Below, piece after piece: positions 48,811 through 63,884 of a DNA stretch of 64,000 nucleotides (position 1 is the first letter of the stretch; every line of letters begins with the position of its first letter). The notes beneath the pieces are model-generated. The model was not told the DNA's origin. It saw nothing but the letters and a program-made list of their open reading frames with translations, and did not search any database. Where the stretch lies: positions 7,440,001-7,504,000 of the forward strand of contig NC_043026.1 of the NCBI RefSeq assembly GCF_006345805.1, read 5' to 3'. Source of the DNA: Octopus sinensis (taxonomy: Eukaryota). A program made the position numbers and the translations under genes.

Positions 48811-50453
48811 TTTCCATGCTGCAAAACATTGTTTCCCAACCAAGTTTCTTTTGAATGTTCTGCAAAAATAAGGATTAATTATCAATTATACTAATTATAT
48901 GCAAATTTTGTGTAATTAAAAAATTTTTTTTTTTATGAGTTGATATTTATAATTTGAATTGACATCCATGGAATATTCACAGAGGTAGAGAAACCCCAGC
49001 ATCTGTAGATAATAAAAAGGGGATACCGGACACGTAAAAATGACCCCTTAATAAGGAGTTGAAGGGGAGACTTTGGTCAGGGATTATGTTTTGATTTGAG
49101 GTGAAATTACTGAAAACCTTTGCCTGTCATGTCCAATGGATTTAATGCCGGTTTCAAATTCTAGCACAAGGCCGGCAATTTTGGGAGCAGGGGTAAGTTG
49201 ATTATATAATGCCCGCCACCCCAGGGCCCAGCTGGGATGAGAGGCAAAGACAAAATATATTTCAGTTAAATATATTTGTTAATAGGTGCAGGTGTGGCTG
49301 TGTGGTAAGTAGCTTGCTTCCCAATCACATGGTTCTGGGTTCAGTCCCACTGTGTGGCACCTTGGGCAAGTGTCTTCCACTATAGCCTTGTGAGAGTGGA
49401 TTCGGTAGACAGAAACTGAAAGAAGCCCATCATATATATTCTTCTTAATAATCCTCTGAATAACCCTAAACTTTAACTGTATACAATATAGCAACATTGT
49501 TTAAAATATTTAACCATAGTACCACATAAGACCTCCCCTATTTCATTGTCAATGGTCTGCTAGTGGGCAACCCCCCTTAATTGTCAGCTAACATCTTGTT
49601 TTAAGTTTTCCTTTATGAAACCTCATGATATTGCTTCTAATAAATCTTGATTTTTATGACTATACCAACTATGATGTCTGTCTGCTCCCTCAGCCCTACC
49701 CCTAACAGATACTGCCCTCTGTTCTCTCAGCCTTAGATATACAAGGTTTCGATAAACTAGTCTATAAATTAAAACTGACCCCATAAAAAACAAAAAAATC
49801 ACTAACAGGCAGAGTCTGTAACAATGTATATCTTCTTGATAAATTAGTAACTGCTATGCTGGAATGGAGACAGCATTTTCTATGTCTATCTCCTGAACTT
49901 CTTGGAGATTTTAGGAATAATTATACTAATGTGTCCATCTGTTCTAATTTAATTAAATTCTATGTCTTTGTGCAGCCTAGGATTGCTCTACATTTTAAAT
50001 TGATTTAATGATTGCATTGTTCAATTAAATGGAGTTGCATGAAACGATCGTACTGCATTACCTCTGGATATCCTTGTTGCTTATTTTGATATATATATAT
50101 GTATGTATATATGTATATATGTGTGTGTATATAATATATATATATATATATGTATGTATATAAATATATGTATATAAATATGTAGATATACATATATATA
50201 CATGTATGTATGTATTTGTGTGTCTGTTTGTCCCTCCACCATCACTTGATAACCGATGTTATAGCCGATGTTATAGCAAGAGACCTATAGAATAAGTACT
50301 AGGCTTACAAAGACTAAGTCATGGAGTTGATTTGTTTGACCAAATGTGGTGCTCCAGCATGGCAGCAGTCAAATGACTGAAACAAGTAAAAGGAAATAAA
50401 AGAAACTATTCTCAGAGCATTTTCAACTTCTGTTTTTCCTATATATATATTTA

Positions 50454-50503
<50 letters not shown>

Positions 50504-50602
50504 ATAATATATAATATATATAGATTTTTATTTATATATATATATATATATGTTATATATGTATACAATAAATGTATATATATATAAATGTATAATATAT
50601 AT

Positions 50603-50639
<37 letters not shown>

Positions 50640-51166
50640 TTGTGTGTACTTCTTTTGGTGGACCCTATTGAGGAGGTGCCTGAGGGCTCTACACTCGTGA
50701 ACATCCCAGAAATAGTGGGGTTGAAAATATGGATGAACAGATTTAAAACAGACAATCCTTTCAAAGACAGTTTAAGGGTTTGTTGAATACCTTGTGAAAA
50801 GCAAACAAAAGGATCACTAAAAGTGTAGAATAGCTGTTGTGTAGGGGTTTCCTGAGACATGTCATGTATTTTAAGGGTTCCCCAAAAGTATAAAGGATTG
50901 AGAAATGCTGTTTAGAATATAATAAAGTAGAAGTTTAATGTTTAGGGGTCCATGTTATACAGTGAAGTTGGGAGACACTGTTTTAGAATATAATAAATTT
51001 GTAGGGTTTAAGATATAAGGGTCTTTGTTATACAGTGATAATAAACCATAACAATTTGCGGTAAAAGGGACAGTAAATATTAGGGGAAAGAAAAAAGAAC
51101 AATATTGTTCTAAAGGATTTTAAAATGGTCCTTTTTTGTTTAAGGGTCGTATTTTCCTATGACCCT

Positions 51167-51428
51167 TCAAGCCAGTAACTGGCAGACCCCAACTGATATA
51201 GAGCTGGTTAGGACAAAGAATAATCGCCATGACAACAACATGGTGCTGACACCAGTAACAGTGCTGCCATCTGCCGAGTTGTAAGCTAACTTCTGTTGCT
51301 GATATTGCTGGTTGTTGTTGTTGTTGTTGCTGTTGCTGTTGTGTTGGTGTCGTGTGTTCCGGCTGGGTTCAGTGGTCGTCCAGATTGCATCAAGGTTGGC
51401 AATGTGGGGCAGCAGCATTCCGTTGGGA
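51167..51428 (-). CDS. Probable terminal coding exon of an unidentified gene (hydrophobic C-terminus, GPI-signal-like)
   Basis: Strong polypyrimidine tract plus TTTCAG acceptor (AG at 51430-51429). The ORF reads PNGMLLPHIANLDAIW...NSADGSTVTGVSTMLLSWRLFFVLTSSISVGVCQLLA*. No upstream exons were identified in the window. Confidence 0.5.
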
Positions 51429-51896
51429 CTGAAAGGACACAAAGAGAAAGAAAGAGACAGGCTGAGTGAGGATGAATGTGGGTTCAGGGATGTAATCTGC
51501 CTTAAAAAATGGCAGTCAAGTTCACAGCAATCACACTAATGACAATGTTAATTAGACATTAAGATTGTCTTTCCAAACTGTATGACATATGACATCACTA
51601 ACTTTAAATATAATATATAAAAAAAATTATAAATGTGCCCTTTTAAAGCCTAGCCAGGCTCATGGGCCCGGTTTCCCAGTTTCTGTGGCGTATGTGTTCC
51701 CCAGCTGGACGGAACGCCAGTCCATCGCAGCATTACTCATTTTTGCCAGCTGAGTGGACTGGAGCAACGTGAAATGAAGTGTTTTGCACAAGAACACAAT
51801 ACGTCACCCGGTCCAGAATCGAAACCACAATCTTACAATCATGGTGCTGACACCCTAACCATTAAGCCACACACCTCCATATATATATATATATTA

Positions 51897-51942
<46 letters not shown>

Positions 51943-51960
51943 ATATATAATATATATATT

Positions 51961-52024
<64 letters not shown>

Positions 52025-52357
52025 CTTTACTACCCACAAGGGGCTAAACACAGAGGCGACAAACAAGGACAGACAAAGGGATTACGTCGACTACATCGAC
52101 CCCAGTGCGTAACTGGTACTTAATTTATCACCCCGAAAGGATGAAAGGCAAAGTCGACCTCGGCGGAATTTGAACTCGGAACGTAACGACAGACGAAATG
52201 TGGCTAAGAATTTCGCCCAGCGTGCTAACGTTTCTACCAGCTCGCCGCCTTATATATATGTATATATATATTATATTTAGTAATTTGATAAAGAAAACAC
52301 ACACACATTTGTATGTGTGTGTGTGTGTGGTATATATATTAAATATATTACATATAT

Positions 52358-52388
<31 letters not shown>

Positions 52389-52447
52389 CATATATATATA
52401 TAATATATATATAATGTATATATATAACATATATATATATATGTATG

Positions 52448-52483
<36 letters not shown>

Positions 52484-52530
52484 GTATGTATATTATACAT
52501 TATATATATATATATGTATGTATATATATA

Positions 52531-52628
<98 letters not shown>

Positions 52629-52777
52629 ATATATGTATATATAGCACTCACAAACTAGAAAAGAAGCTTCTTCCCAAAAAAGGTTAGTAACATCTTCATA
52701 ACAGATTTCATACCATTTTTTTAAACAATAATTTTCGTAAAAACCACCTTTACTCTTCAAAAACTGTATTAATAATC

Positions 52778-52815
<38 letters not shown>

Positions 52816-52975
52816 AATACATACGTTTGTTTTTGATGTCCTGTTATTGTTATAATTATTATTATTATTATTATTGTTTTTGTATTCATATTCGTGTGAA
52901 AGCGTCCGTTTTTCCATCCTTATTTTGTATACATTCGAAGCTTTATTCCAAGGAATCTAATGTACTATGCTTAGT

Positions 52976-53008
<33 letters not shown>

Positions 53009-53031
53009 GAGAGAGAGGAGAGAGAGAGAGA

Positions 53032-53073
<42 letters not shown>

Positions 53074-53875
53074 TGAATGCATCTATGTATGTATATTGTG
53101 TACCATGGAGAATTTCGTTAATATTGATTGAATGAATATATACATCGAGCTTTGAATTTCTCTTCTCTCCTTCCTAATTTTATATAATATATATATATAT
53201 ATATATATATTGTATATATATGTATATATGTGTGTGTATAGAGAGAGAGTGAGAGAGAGAGAGAGGAGATAAATATATACACACATACAATATATCAGTT
53301 TCAAATTTTGGCACAAGAACAACAATTTTTTAGTGGGGGTTGGGAGTAGGGAAATCACACCCTCTCCTTCCCCAGTATTCAACTGGTACCTATTTTATGG
53401 ACACCGTGCAAGGATGAGAGGTAAAGTCAACCACATGGCAACTTGAACCTAAGAAAAACAAAGGCTGGGGAAATGCTGACAATTATGCCAGCTTCCCTTA
53501 CAAGGACAATACGCATATGTACATATGTATATATATGTGTATATATATATGTATATATATATATATATATATATTATACACACACAACATATATATATAT
53601 ATGTATATACATATATATATATTATATACACACACACACATATATATATGTATATACATATGTACATATATATATATACTCACACACATATATATGTATA
53701 TGTATATACATATATATATATATATATACATATACATTTATGTACATACGTATACATATACTTATGTATTACATATATACACTTATACATGTATACACAC
53801 ACACACACATTATATATAATATATATACACTTACACATGTATATACACACACATATATATATATATATATTCTAC

Positions 53876-53921
<46 letters not shown>

Positions 53922-53968
53922 AAACAAGTAAAAAAGAGAATGCTAAAATAATTTTATAGTGAACATTT

Positions 53969-54006
53969 CAGTACCGGTTTCGGTCATTTTGAGACCTTTT
54001 CAACTG
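53969..54006 (-). ncRNA. Degenerate hammerhead-like motif
   Basis: Minus strand CAG-TTGAAAA-GGTC TCAAAAT GACC-GAAA-CCGG-TA-CTG; core deviates from CUGANGA. Confidence 0.35.
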
Positions 54007-54707
54007 TAACGATTAAATAATTAAATTTAGAAAAAAAATTAGAAGAAAAGTTTCTTAAAAGAATATTTCTATAGTAGTGTTCAGATTTAAGTGGCATTCT
54101 GCCTTTCTCTGACTCCCTTGTTTGCACTTGTGTGTTCGAGGTAGTTTGTGAGTTCTTGGTAGGGTAGTAGAGGGAAGGCTGGTGAGGAAAGGGGGGTGGG
54201 AGAATCTGGGGTGCCCTGATGGTCGTATTTTGAATGGTCAGTGGCGGCTGGCAGTCTCAGTTCAATTCAGGGGAATATTTATATTGACAGGCTTGTTTTA
54301 TAGAATTAGCGTAGGTGTTATACTAAAAAACATTAGTGACAAACTTAAGGGTGGGGGTGGAGAAGAAGAGAAGAAGAAGAAGAAGGAGGAGAGGATGATG
54401 GTGATGGTGGTGATGATTATGACGACGATGATGATGATAACGATGATGATGAAGAAGAAGAAGGAGGAGAAGGAGAAGATGGTTGGATGATTGTGGCGAT
54501 GATGTTTGACGCGATGATGATGATAACGATGATGATGAAGAAGAAGAAGAAGAAAAAAACAGAGAAGGGAGAATATGAATGGGTGTAAATATAGCTATGA
54601 AGGGGCTGATTAGTAATGGATTCTATGGAGTGTAGTATTTGTGTGTGTATATATATTTTTTCTCTTATTCTAAAGTTGAGGTATATTAATTGTTTGTCGT
54701 AGACCCG

Positions 54708-55170
54708 TTAAGAATGGCTTGTATTTTTTAATAAAGAGATTTTCTTACTTATTCTTTGTCTCGAGGTTGTATCGTCCCTAAATTGGTAGAGGGGGAAAAT
54801 TCTGAAGTTTGGTGTTTTTTTGTTGGCGCAAGTATCTATGTGTTGGCTAAAAGCTATTTTTCTGTTTTGGGGAATTTTTATCTGGGATCTGTGCAGGGCC
54901 ATTCGTTTACCAAACGCAAACCATTTTTTGTTTGGCCTATGTACTGCTCTTGACACCCGGAGCAGGTTAGTGAGTATATTAGGTTCTCCGAAGCACATGT
55001 GAAAGTTGCTTTTCACTGTAACCGTTGTCCCTGTTTGAAGGAGAACTCAGAACCCTCGATTAGATAGTCGCAATCCCGCAAGTGGGTCTTCCACATTTTT
55101 TACTGTCGGCTTCTGTGTTGAAGAGTGAATTCGGGCTTGTGTAAGGAGACTTTTCATGGATCTAGGCCTG
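54708..55170 (-). mobile_element. Penelope-like element, GIY-YIG endonuclease remnant
   Basis: FTCASENLIYSLTCSGCQEQYIGQT, then a frameshifted KIAFSQHIDTCA...FRIFPLYQ. Confidence 0.75.
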
Positions 55171-55377
55171 TCTTTTGCTTTTTATGATCGTGTGTGTTTT
55201 GGAGGATTGTGTTCATTCTGTGGTCTTTTTTAGGAGGGGTATGTTGTGGAGGATGGTGTCGAAGGCTTCGTTATTGATATATATATATATACACATACAC
55301 CACATATATATATATACATATACTATTATATATATTACACATACACACACATATATATATATACATATACATATAAT

Positions 55378-55418
<41 letters not shown>

Positions 55419-57066
55419 GAATATGTATATATCTATATATATTGTTAAATAGATATGTCAGACATACATACAATATATCTCTCTTTATATCTATCTACAC
55501 ACACACATGATGCATACACACCCTTACACACAATATATATATATGTGTGTGTGTCTGTGTATACACACACATATATACATTGTGTGTGCACACACATATA
55601 TACATTGTGTGTGCACACACATATATATAATATATATATATGTATGTATGTATTTATGTATATGCTTCAGTGTAGTTTCTGTTGCTCCGCCCTCTTTTCT
55701 TCTTCCAATGAACAAAATAATTATAGGTTTGAATAGGGCTATTGGCAGGGTAAGGGAGTAGGGGGTTGGAAGGGTGATTACAGAAGGAGCTAGAGTGAGG
55801 ACAGACAGACAGACAGACGAATCTGTGGGGTGTGTTCACTGAGGGTTTTGACACTAGTGACACCAATTGACTCAAAGGTCAAGCTACAGTCAACTTGCTA
55901 TGATAATAAGTAGTTGGTGGTGATGGCGGCGGTGGTGGTGGTGGTTGTGTGTGTGTGTGTTTGTTTATGAGTGTGTGTGTGTGTGTGTGCGTGTGTGCAT
56001 ATAAGTTTGTGGGGAGGGGCAATGAGGAAAGGTGGTGTGGGTTGCCTAATTCTTTTGACCTTTTCAGGTGCTGTAAACATCCTGTTGTGGACAACGGTGG
56101 GGTAGTGGGTGTAGGAGGTTGTTGTAGGGTGGGTGGAGGGTGATGGGAATGAGGGTGGAGGGGCAGGGTGAGGAGGTAGGAACAAAGGGGGGGAGGGAGA
56201 GGTAAAGGTGTTAGCAGACAAACAGACACATTAGGTCTGCCAAAGAGGAGGTGCCAACTTAGGTGGAGTGGGGGTGGCTGTGGTGGTGGTCATGGCGTGG
56301 TAAGGGTTAATGAAGAAAATATGGATGTAGATGGCAGACAGGGTATTCTAAATAACTGATACTGCTCTTGTCGTTTAGCCCTGGGTCAGTCTTCATCCAA
56401 CAGACCTGTCGTCGAAGATGTTCCAAATTATAATTTTTCAATAACTTTTTCCATTAATTTTTCATTTTATACGAGAGGAATGTCTGATATCTGAAACTCA
56501 GAAATCCATTGAAATTTTGGAAATAAAAAGGAAAATTGAAGAACAAATAAAAGTAGTCATTTCCGTTCATCATTATTCCAAAATTCTAAGGTGGTGAGCT
56601 TTGCAGAATCAGTAGCGAAATGCTTTGTGGTATTTCGTCTGTCTTTACATTCTGAGTTCAAATTCCGCCGAGGTTGACTTTGTCTTAAGTACTTTCGGGG
56701 TCGTTAAATTAAGTACCAGTTGTGTACTGGCGTCAATCTAATTGACTGCACCCCCCCTCCACCGCTCCAAAATTCCAGGTGTTGTGCTTATAGTAGAAAG
56801 GTTTATTCCAAAACTCTACAAGATTATACCACCACCACGATCTAACAATTGTATATATATAATATATATATATATATATTATATATATATACATATATAA
56901 TATCTATATATACATATATATATATTTAAAATAAAAAATATTGTAAAATTAAATGAAAATAAAAATGTATTCTGTTTTGTGTGTGTGTGTGTATTGTGTG
57001 TGTAATCTATACATATATATATTATATGTGTATATATATTATATATATACATATATATATCTATGC

Positions 57067-57103
<37 letters not shown>

Positions 57104-57679
57104 ATATATAATGGGATTTCTTTCAGTTCCATCTACAAATCCATCATGAGGCTTTGGTGGGCTGAGACTATTGTAGAAGACACTTGCCCAAGGTGCCACG
57201 CAGTGGGACTGAACCCGGAACCATGTGGTTGGGAAGCAAGCTTCTTAGCACACAGCATGTACAAAATGATTCCCAAACCGTTCCACAGATGTTCGTGTAA
57301 CCAGTCACGACAATATCAAAAGATATTCGGGAACAACAGAAATGGTTTGTACATATTTATTTATGCTTCAGTGGCAATTATTAAGCAACTTAGTGAATAA
57401 ACATTTGAAGCAGTCTTGACAAAGCCTGATTTCTTTTGAAAAGAACAGGAAATCTACCGAACGAAGGCGATTGCGCATTCATGGAAAAATATAAGCAATG
57501 AATTTAATTAGGAATTGAATAAAATAGAATGGCTATTTACAAGGAAATAAGTACAAATGAGTTGAGGGGCAGGATAAAAGCCATTTTGGAAATCAAATGT
57601 TTAAGAAAACTGTGGAGTGAAAGATAAGAATGCAAATTAAAATTGGAAGACAAGCGTGAATAAGTATTAGTAAAAGGCA

Positions 57680-57726
57680 TAATGATAATAATAACAGTAA
57701 TAATAATAACAGTAATAATAATAATG

Positions 57727-57761
<35 letters not shown>

Positions 57762-57880
57762 GTAATAATAATAACAGTAATAATAATAATGATAATAATA
57801 ATAATAATAATAATAATAGTAATAATAATAACAGTAATAATAATAACAGTAATAATAATAATAGTAATAATAATAATAAT
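57680..57880. repeat. (AAT)n array
   Basis: Direct reading. Confidence 0.9.
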
Positions 57881-58227
57881 GAAAGTAATTTTTCACTCTT
57901 TTCTTTAGTATCTGTGTGGTATGTGTACATATTGTATATTTACAGACATGTTTATCTCTCTCTCTCTCTTATGTGTGTATGTGGATATTTATCTAACTAT
58001 CCAATATATATATAATGTATAAAGATATATATACATGCATATATATATATATATATATATAGATAATATATATATACATACATACATACATATATACATA
58101 CATACACACACACACATATATATATATACATATATAATTACATATATATAGATACATATATATATATACCATATATACAAAGATATATATATATATATAT
58201 ACATACATGTGTATATATATATAATAT

Positions 58228-58262
<35 letters not shown>

Positions 58263-58716
58263 CATACATATATATATATATACATACATACATATATATA
58301 TATATACAAAATAAGAAAATGGAGGATAGATCTCTTTCAATCATCAACTTCCAGATAATACCAATTCATATAATTTATTAACTAATTATTTAGATTAAAT
58401 AGGAACATCCAAATCCAACAGAAAAATACAGAATAAAACAATATACATCAATAAGTAAGATAATACCATAAGGATAATACACATCAAATGGTTCCACACA
58501 CACACACACACACACACAAATGCACATCTATATATTTCTAAGCATATATTAACACACACTCCATAAGTATTTCGGTTGATGTGCTAACCCATCCTTCTAA
58601 CCCATCTTCTGATTTCTTTTAATAAGTAATAATAAAAACACAGCTTTTAAATATAAACTGAAAAATTACTCAAAACATTTCGTAGATTTTCATTTCATTA
58701 TTCTTCAACAACAATA

Positions 58717-59119
58717 TCTTCTTTATATATAAAAGAGAAGTTGTGTGGGTGTCTGTCTCCTACGATTTAGATTCCTAACTACTCCCACATTTTGCAGTGC
58801 AGTTTAACCAAAACCGGGTATCTTATAGTCGTGATTCATATCGAGCCCTTCTGGGTATTAGCGCGCGTCTACGATGAGTCTACGATTTAAAAAAAAATTT
58901 ACCATAATTTTTTTCCATTTTAATGCATTTTTTCGCTATTATATAAGGAAAGTAACTCTCTAAAAATGTCTACGATGAGTCAACGATTTAAAAAAAAATT
59001 TACCATCATTTTTTTTCCATTTTTAATGCATTTTTTTGCTAATTTTTGGCTATAACTCTAAAAATGCTTATATAGTTATTTCCCTTACAAACCCGAGCAA
59101 CGCCGGGCGATACTGCTAG
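58717..59119 (+). mobile_element. Non-autonomous Helitron
   Basis: A|TC 5' end, 3' hairpin CCCGAGCAACGCCGGG followed by CTAG|T. Confidence 0.75.
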
Positions 59120-60227
59120 TTATTCATAAAATATCGGATTTTTACAGCTGGATGGTCTTCTTAACACCAACCACTCAGCAATATATATAGCTGAAGGATT
59201 AAAATCACATACGAAGTATGTCTACCTGCTGGAAATAACAGTCAAAGCACTTATCTACATCGTCAAAATACACTAATAAGAGTTTTGACTGTTATTTCCA
59301 GCAGGTAGACATACTTAGTATGTCCTTTGATTGACTTTAATCCTTCAGCTATTTAATGCCTTTTTGGGCCTGCAATCGCCTGTATCATTGTTTCTGTTAA
59401 TATTTTTTTTAAAATAGTCATACCAGAACAATAAGAAAATTAATAATATCTCAGCAAATTAATTTTTCGGGAATTATTTTCCCGCCTGAACTGTTTACCC
59501 TTGTATCAAGTGTGTTTATATATGTTTATCATACACAGCTTTGCAATAAGTTCCAAGTCAACAGATTATATCATTGTTTTGATGAAAATTGTTCATTGCT
59601 TGGAAAATATTGGTCAACTTTAAAATTTAATACGTATTCAAAGCATGAAGTGTCATTATTGGGCCCAAGACCCATTAAAGAGCCCTTTGCAGGAGCTAGT
59701 CTAAAAGCCCCCTATTGCCATGAACTTCTTGTACGCATCCATCTGTAACTATATGTAGGTGTGTAATATATACCTATTTCTTTACTACCCTGAAGGGGCT
59801 AAACATAGGACAAACAAGGACAAATACACGGATTAAGTCGATTATATCGACCCCAGTGCGTAACTGGTACTTAATTTATCGACCCCGAAAAGACGAAAGG
59901 CAAAGTCGACCTCGGAGGAATTTGAACTCAGAACGTAACAGCAGACGAAATACCTATTTCTTTATTACCCACAGGGAGCTAAACACAGAGAGGACAGACA
60001 TAGGTATTAAGTCGATTACATCGACCCCAGTGCGTATCTGATACTTAATTTATTGACCCCGAAAGGATGAAAGGCAAAGTCGATCTCGGCGGAATTTGAA
60101 CTCACAACGTAACGGCAGACGAAATACCATTAAGCATTTCGTCCGGCGCGCTAACGATTCGGCCAGCTCGCCGACTTAGTGTGTGATATATACCCTGTGC
60201 CTATGACACAAATTTTCATGTGACATA

Positions 60228-61124
60228 CCGAAGTGTAGTCGAAAAGTATCTGACCTTAGTCTTTTTTTGCACTAAATAATAATGTGTGAGCAACATCCAC
60301 ATGGATATTATCCGCCACCGTCCTTCCTGAGCATTCACACAAATTTTCGTGTTTGCAGGTTCCACCATTTGCCTGCAGAAAGGCATCGAGTTCAGGCGGG
60401 AAGAACTCTGATCTGTGGATTTTTTTCTCATTGAGTCAAGAAGACCAAGTGCATTGGGCAAAGATACAGTATTAAATTCTGTGAAAAATTTGGTGATACG
60501 CAAGCCCAGACTATTGAGACGATTTAGAAGGTTTTTGGAGATGATGCTACAGGGAAAACATAAAATAAAGGAGTTGGTACAAGCAGTTCAAAGATGAGGG
60601 CACCTCAGAGGAGAGAGAGCCATTTGGTGAGAGAAGATGGCCTTGCAGAGATGACGAAATGATTGCAAAGGTTCGAGGAATATTCTATGAAGACTGTCAG
60701 GTGATTACTGAGGAGAATACTGTTGCCAAAGTTGGAATTAGTTCAGTCAATTCATCCTGCCCACGTCGTCCAAGGTTTCCCAGTCAAGCAAAACACATTT
60801 CTTATTCGTGAGGCTTTCAACTCCCCAGACTTGGTTCCCTGTCAGCTTTTGGCGATGTCCAAAGCTCAAACAAAAATATATAAAGACACTCGAAGGGAGA
60901 AGGTTTGAGTCAACAGAAGACATTAAGCAAAATTCCATGGCACAGCTGTTCAGCCTCCCAAAATGTGATTTCCAGAAATGTTTCCAACAGTTGCAGGAAT
61001 GATGGCAGAAGAAGTGTGAAGACTCCAAAGGCGAATTCTTTGAAGGAGACAAAAAAGCCAAAAGGGTGACGTTTCTTTTAAATATTACTTGTTTTCTTTT
61101 CAGATATTTTCCCACTACACTTCG
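60228..61124 (+). mobile_element. Degenerate, internally deleted mariner element
   Basis: TA-flanked TIRs (CGAAGTGTAGT.GAAAA.TATCTGA); decayed transposase fragments QRYSIKFC, SPDLVPC and LEGRRFESTEDIKQNS...FQKCFQQ. Confidence 0.8.
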
Positions 61125-61359
61125 TATATGTGTCCGTATATATATAAATATATATAAATATATATATACAGTAAATTTAGGGTGAATACTTGATAAGTGC
61201 AAGCACCTGCGTATGCCAGATGGTGGCATATATAATAATAAAGGGTCAAATTAATTAATAATTATGGCAGAGAAATAGTTTTAATTGCTATTTTAAAATT
61301 TCGGTATGTGTTGAAGCAAATTTTTGCTGAACCCTAATTATAATTATACTCATAATTAT

Positions 61360-61396
<37 letters not shown>

Positions 61397-61914
61397 GTAT
61401 GTTGATAATTAATTATGATCAAATCCCAATTATAGCCAAAAGGGTTTCAAAACCCTTACATGTTAAAAATAGCAGCCAAAACCCACCATAAAGCCTAAGA
61501 GGTCCCTAATGTCGAAATTACAATAAGGGATTAACTAGTTATTTGTAAGTTACGGATTCTAATCATCAAATCGAAAGCAGACAGTTTTAATTGGGAAGAG
61601 AAATAATATGAGTGACAAAATGGCTTTATTGAGGGTTTTGGCTGCTATTTTTAACATGTAAGGGTATTGAAACCCTCTTGGTTATAATTGGGATTTGTTC
61701 GTAATTATAAACGTCCTTCTGTGTATTTTATGATAACATCTTTGTCCATTGATTAATTATTTATAATATATCCTCCGTAATGCTTAATTACATTACTTTC
61801 TAATTATTTATTAATTTAAGATTTTTTAGAAAGTTTTTCGACTTTCTAAAAAAGTTCTTTTCTCAGTCTTAACTCTGACAAAAAAATCTTCTCTCCAAAT
61901 ATGTAATTATCAGG

Positions 61915-61959
<45 letters not shown>

Positions 61960-61968
61960 ATATACATA

Positions 61969-61999
<31 letters not shown>

Positions 62000-62085
62000 G
62001 CTATTAAAGTTCTCATTTTTGTTAAATGAATTAAGGATCCAACATTCTAATATCCTAAAGCTGATGAACCGACTAAATTGTTGTG

Positions 62086-62126
<41 letters not shown>

Positions 62127-62345
62127 TATATATATATATATATATACCTATATATAGAGAGATGAGTGTATTTTTACTTGTTAACAATTAACGACAGAAA
62201 AAATAAATAAATAGTTACCAGGGTAGCAAAAATCTATTTATTCTTTTGAATAGTATCAGTGGAATTTTCGAAACATGTGTCGAAAGTAAAAATATTTGAT
62301 TACACCTGCGTTAAACTCCATTTATTTATTCATATATATATATAT

Positions 62346-62390
<45 letters not shown>

Positions 62391-63884
62391 TACATAGATA
62401 GATAGATATAGAGGTAATGGGTGTCAAGAAGACCCAAAGGTGTCAGGTAATGCTAAGTAAATGCTATGGACAGACCATAGTTCAGTTCCAGATTCGGTAA
62501 TTTTGCGAATAAAGGGTCCAACGTTGGTTCAATTGTCAGCGAGTGTATATAAGAATTTTTTGCGTAATAAAATAAAAAAAGAAAACCAAGGCTGTGTAGA
62601 TGTTAGAATATTTATAGATAGAAGGTTCTCATATCATTTTCCACGAAGAGTGTGTTCTCTTATTTTTTCGTATATTTTCATTTGTTTTGCTTATTTTTAC
62701 ACTTTGTTTTTTTTTTGCTGAGTTTCTTCTTGAGAAAACACTCTTAGTGGAAAATGGTGATTTTGACGTCTATATCTAGCATAAAGGATGTCCACTTTAG
62801 TGGTCAGTCCTCTAAATTTTGTATGTAAAGAAAAAAATGTTTAATCTTCGGATTTTTTAAAAATATGCTAGGCCACTGTTTTTAATGGATTAATATCAAT
62901 TTCTACCCTTATTTAATTTATATATATATATCACAAACTTGTAAAGGTGTATTGGTCAGTGAAGCAAGGAGACATGCCCATAGGAGAGAGAAGGACGGAA
63001 GAAGGCGGGAAATTGTCGTATATATTTGTATATATTTTACACACCCAGTTGTATACAGATTTCATAAATGCAGTCGCTGCATACACTGATATATAAATTA
63101 CAAAATGGGACAAGAACGCAAAAACACACAAAGAGACGGCACAAAAAACAGACGGGTCATTCGAAGCCTCTAATCTTCAGTCGGCAACCGGATCATCTTA
63201 GCAATTTCGGCTGATTAATCCTGATATCGCTCCGATACGGCCAGCCCCAAAGAAAAACTAAGCTACGGGCATTAGATTTCTTGGAAAGAGGATCGAATGT
63301 ATACGAAACAAGGACAGGATGCCACACAAATATGAATACAAGAAACAAAAAATAGAAATAAAAAACAAGAATAGTAATAACAGGACAAAACAGAGGGTGT
63401 CTTACGACTTCAGACAATTTTTAACTTATATATGTATGTATGTATGTATTCTGTTGTGTCTGGGGAGGGTCATTCCTTTTTGTGCCTTATAATTTAACAC
63501 ACTCACCGGTAAAATGTCCAAGTGTAAATTACGGACAGAGTCAAGACTATTGGAAAGGTTGCAAGACGCAACGAAAATTTTAGGAAAATGAAAATAAGAA
63601 ATAAGGGGAAATTTTACTGGTGAGTGTGTTAGATTATAAGGCACTAAAAGAGATTGACTCTCCCCAGACACAACAGAATATGCTTCAACACACGAACTCA
63701 TATAAAGAATCTTGCAAACCAAATCCAAAAACGAAATATGTATATATTATATATATATAATATATTATATATATATATATATATATAACGGGAAGGTTTA
63801 CGAAAATAAACAAAAGACGAAGGCAGGTGGAGTACAAACAAATAATTGTATTAGTATGGCGCTCAGGAATAGAAATAGAACAAG

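Noticed and set aside
48305-48885. Lys/Glu/Arg-rich and Phe/Leu/Ser-rich ORFs
   Set aside because: These come from a polypurine microsatellite.
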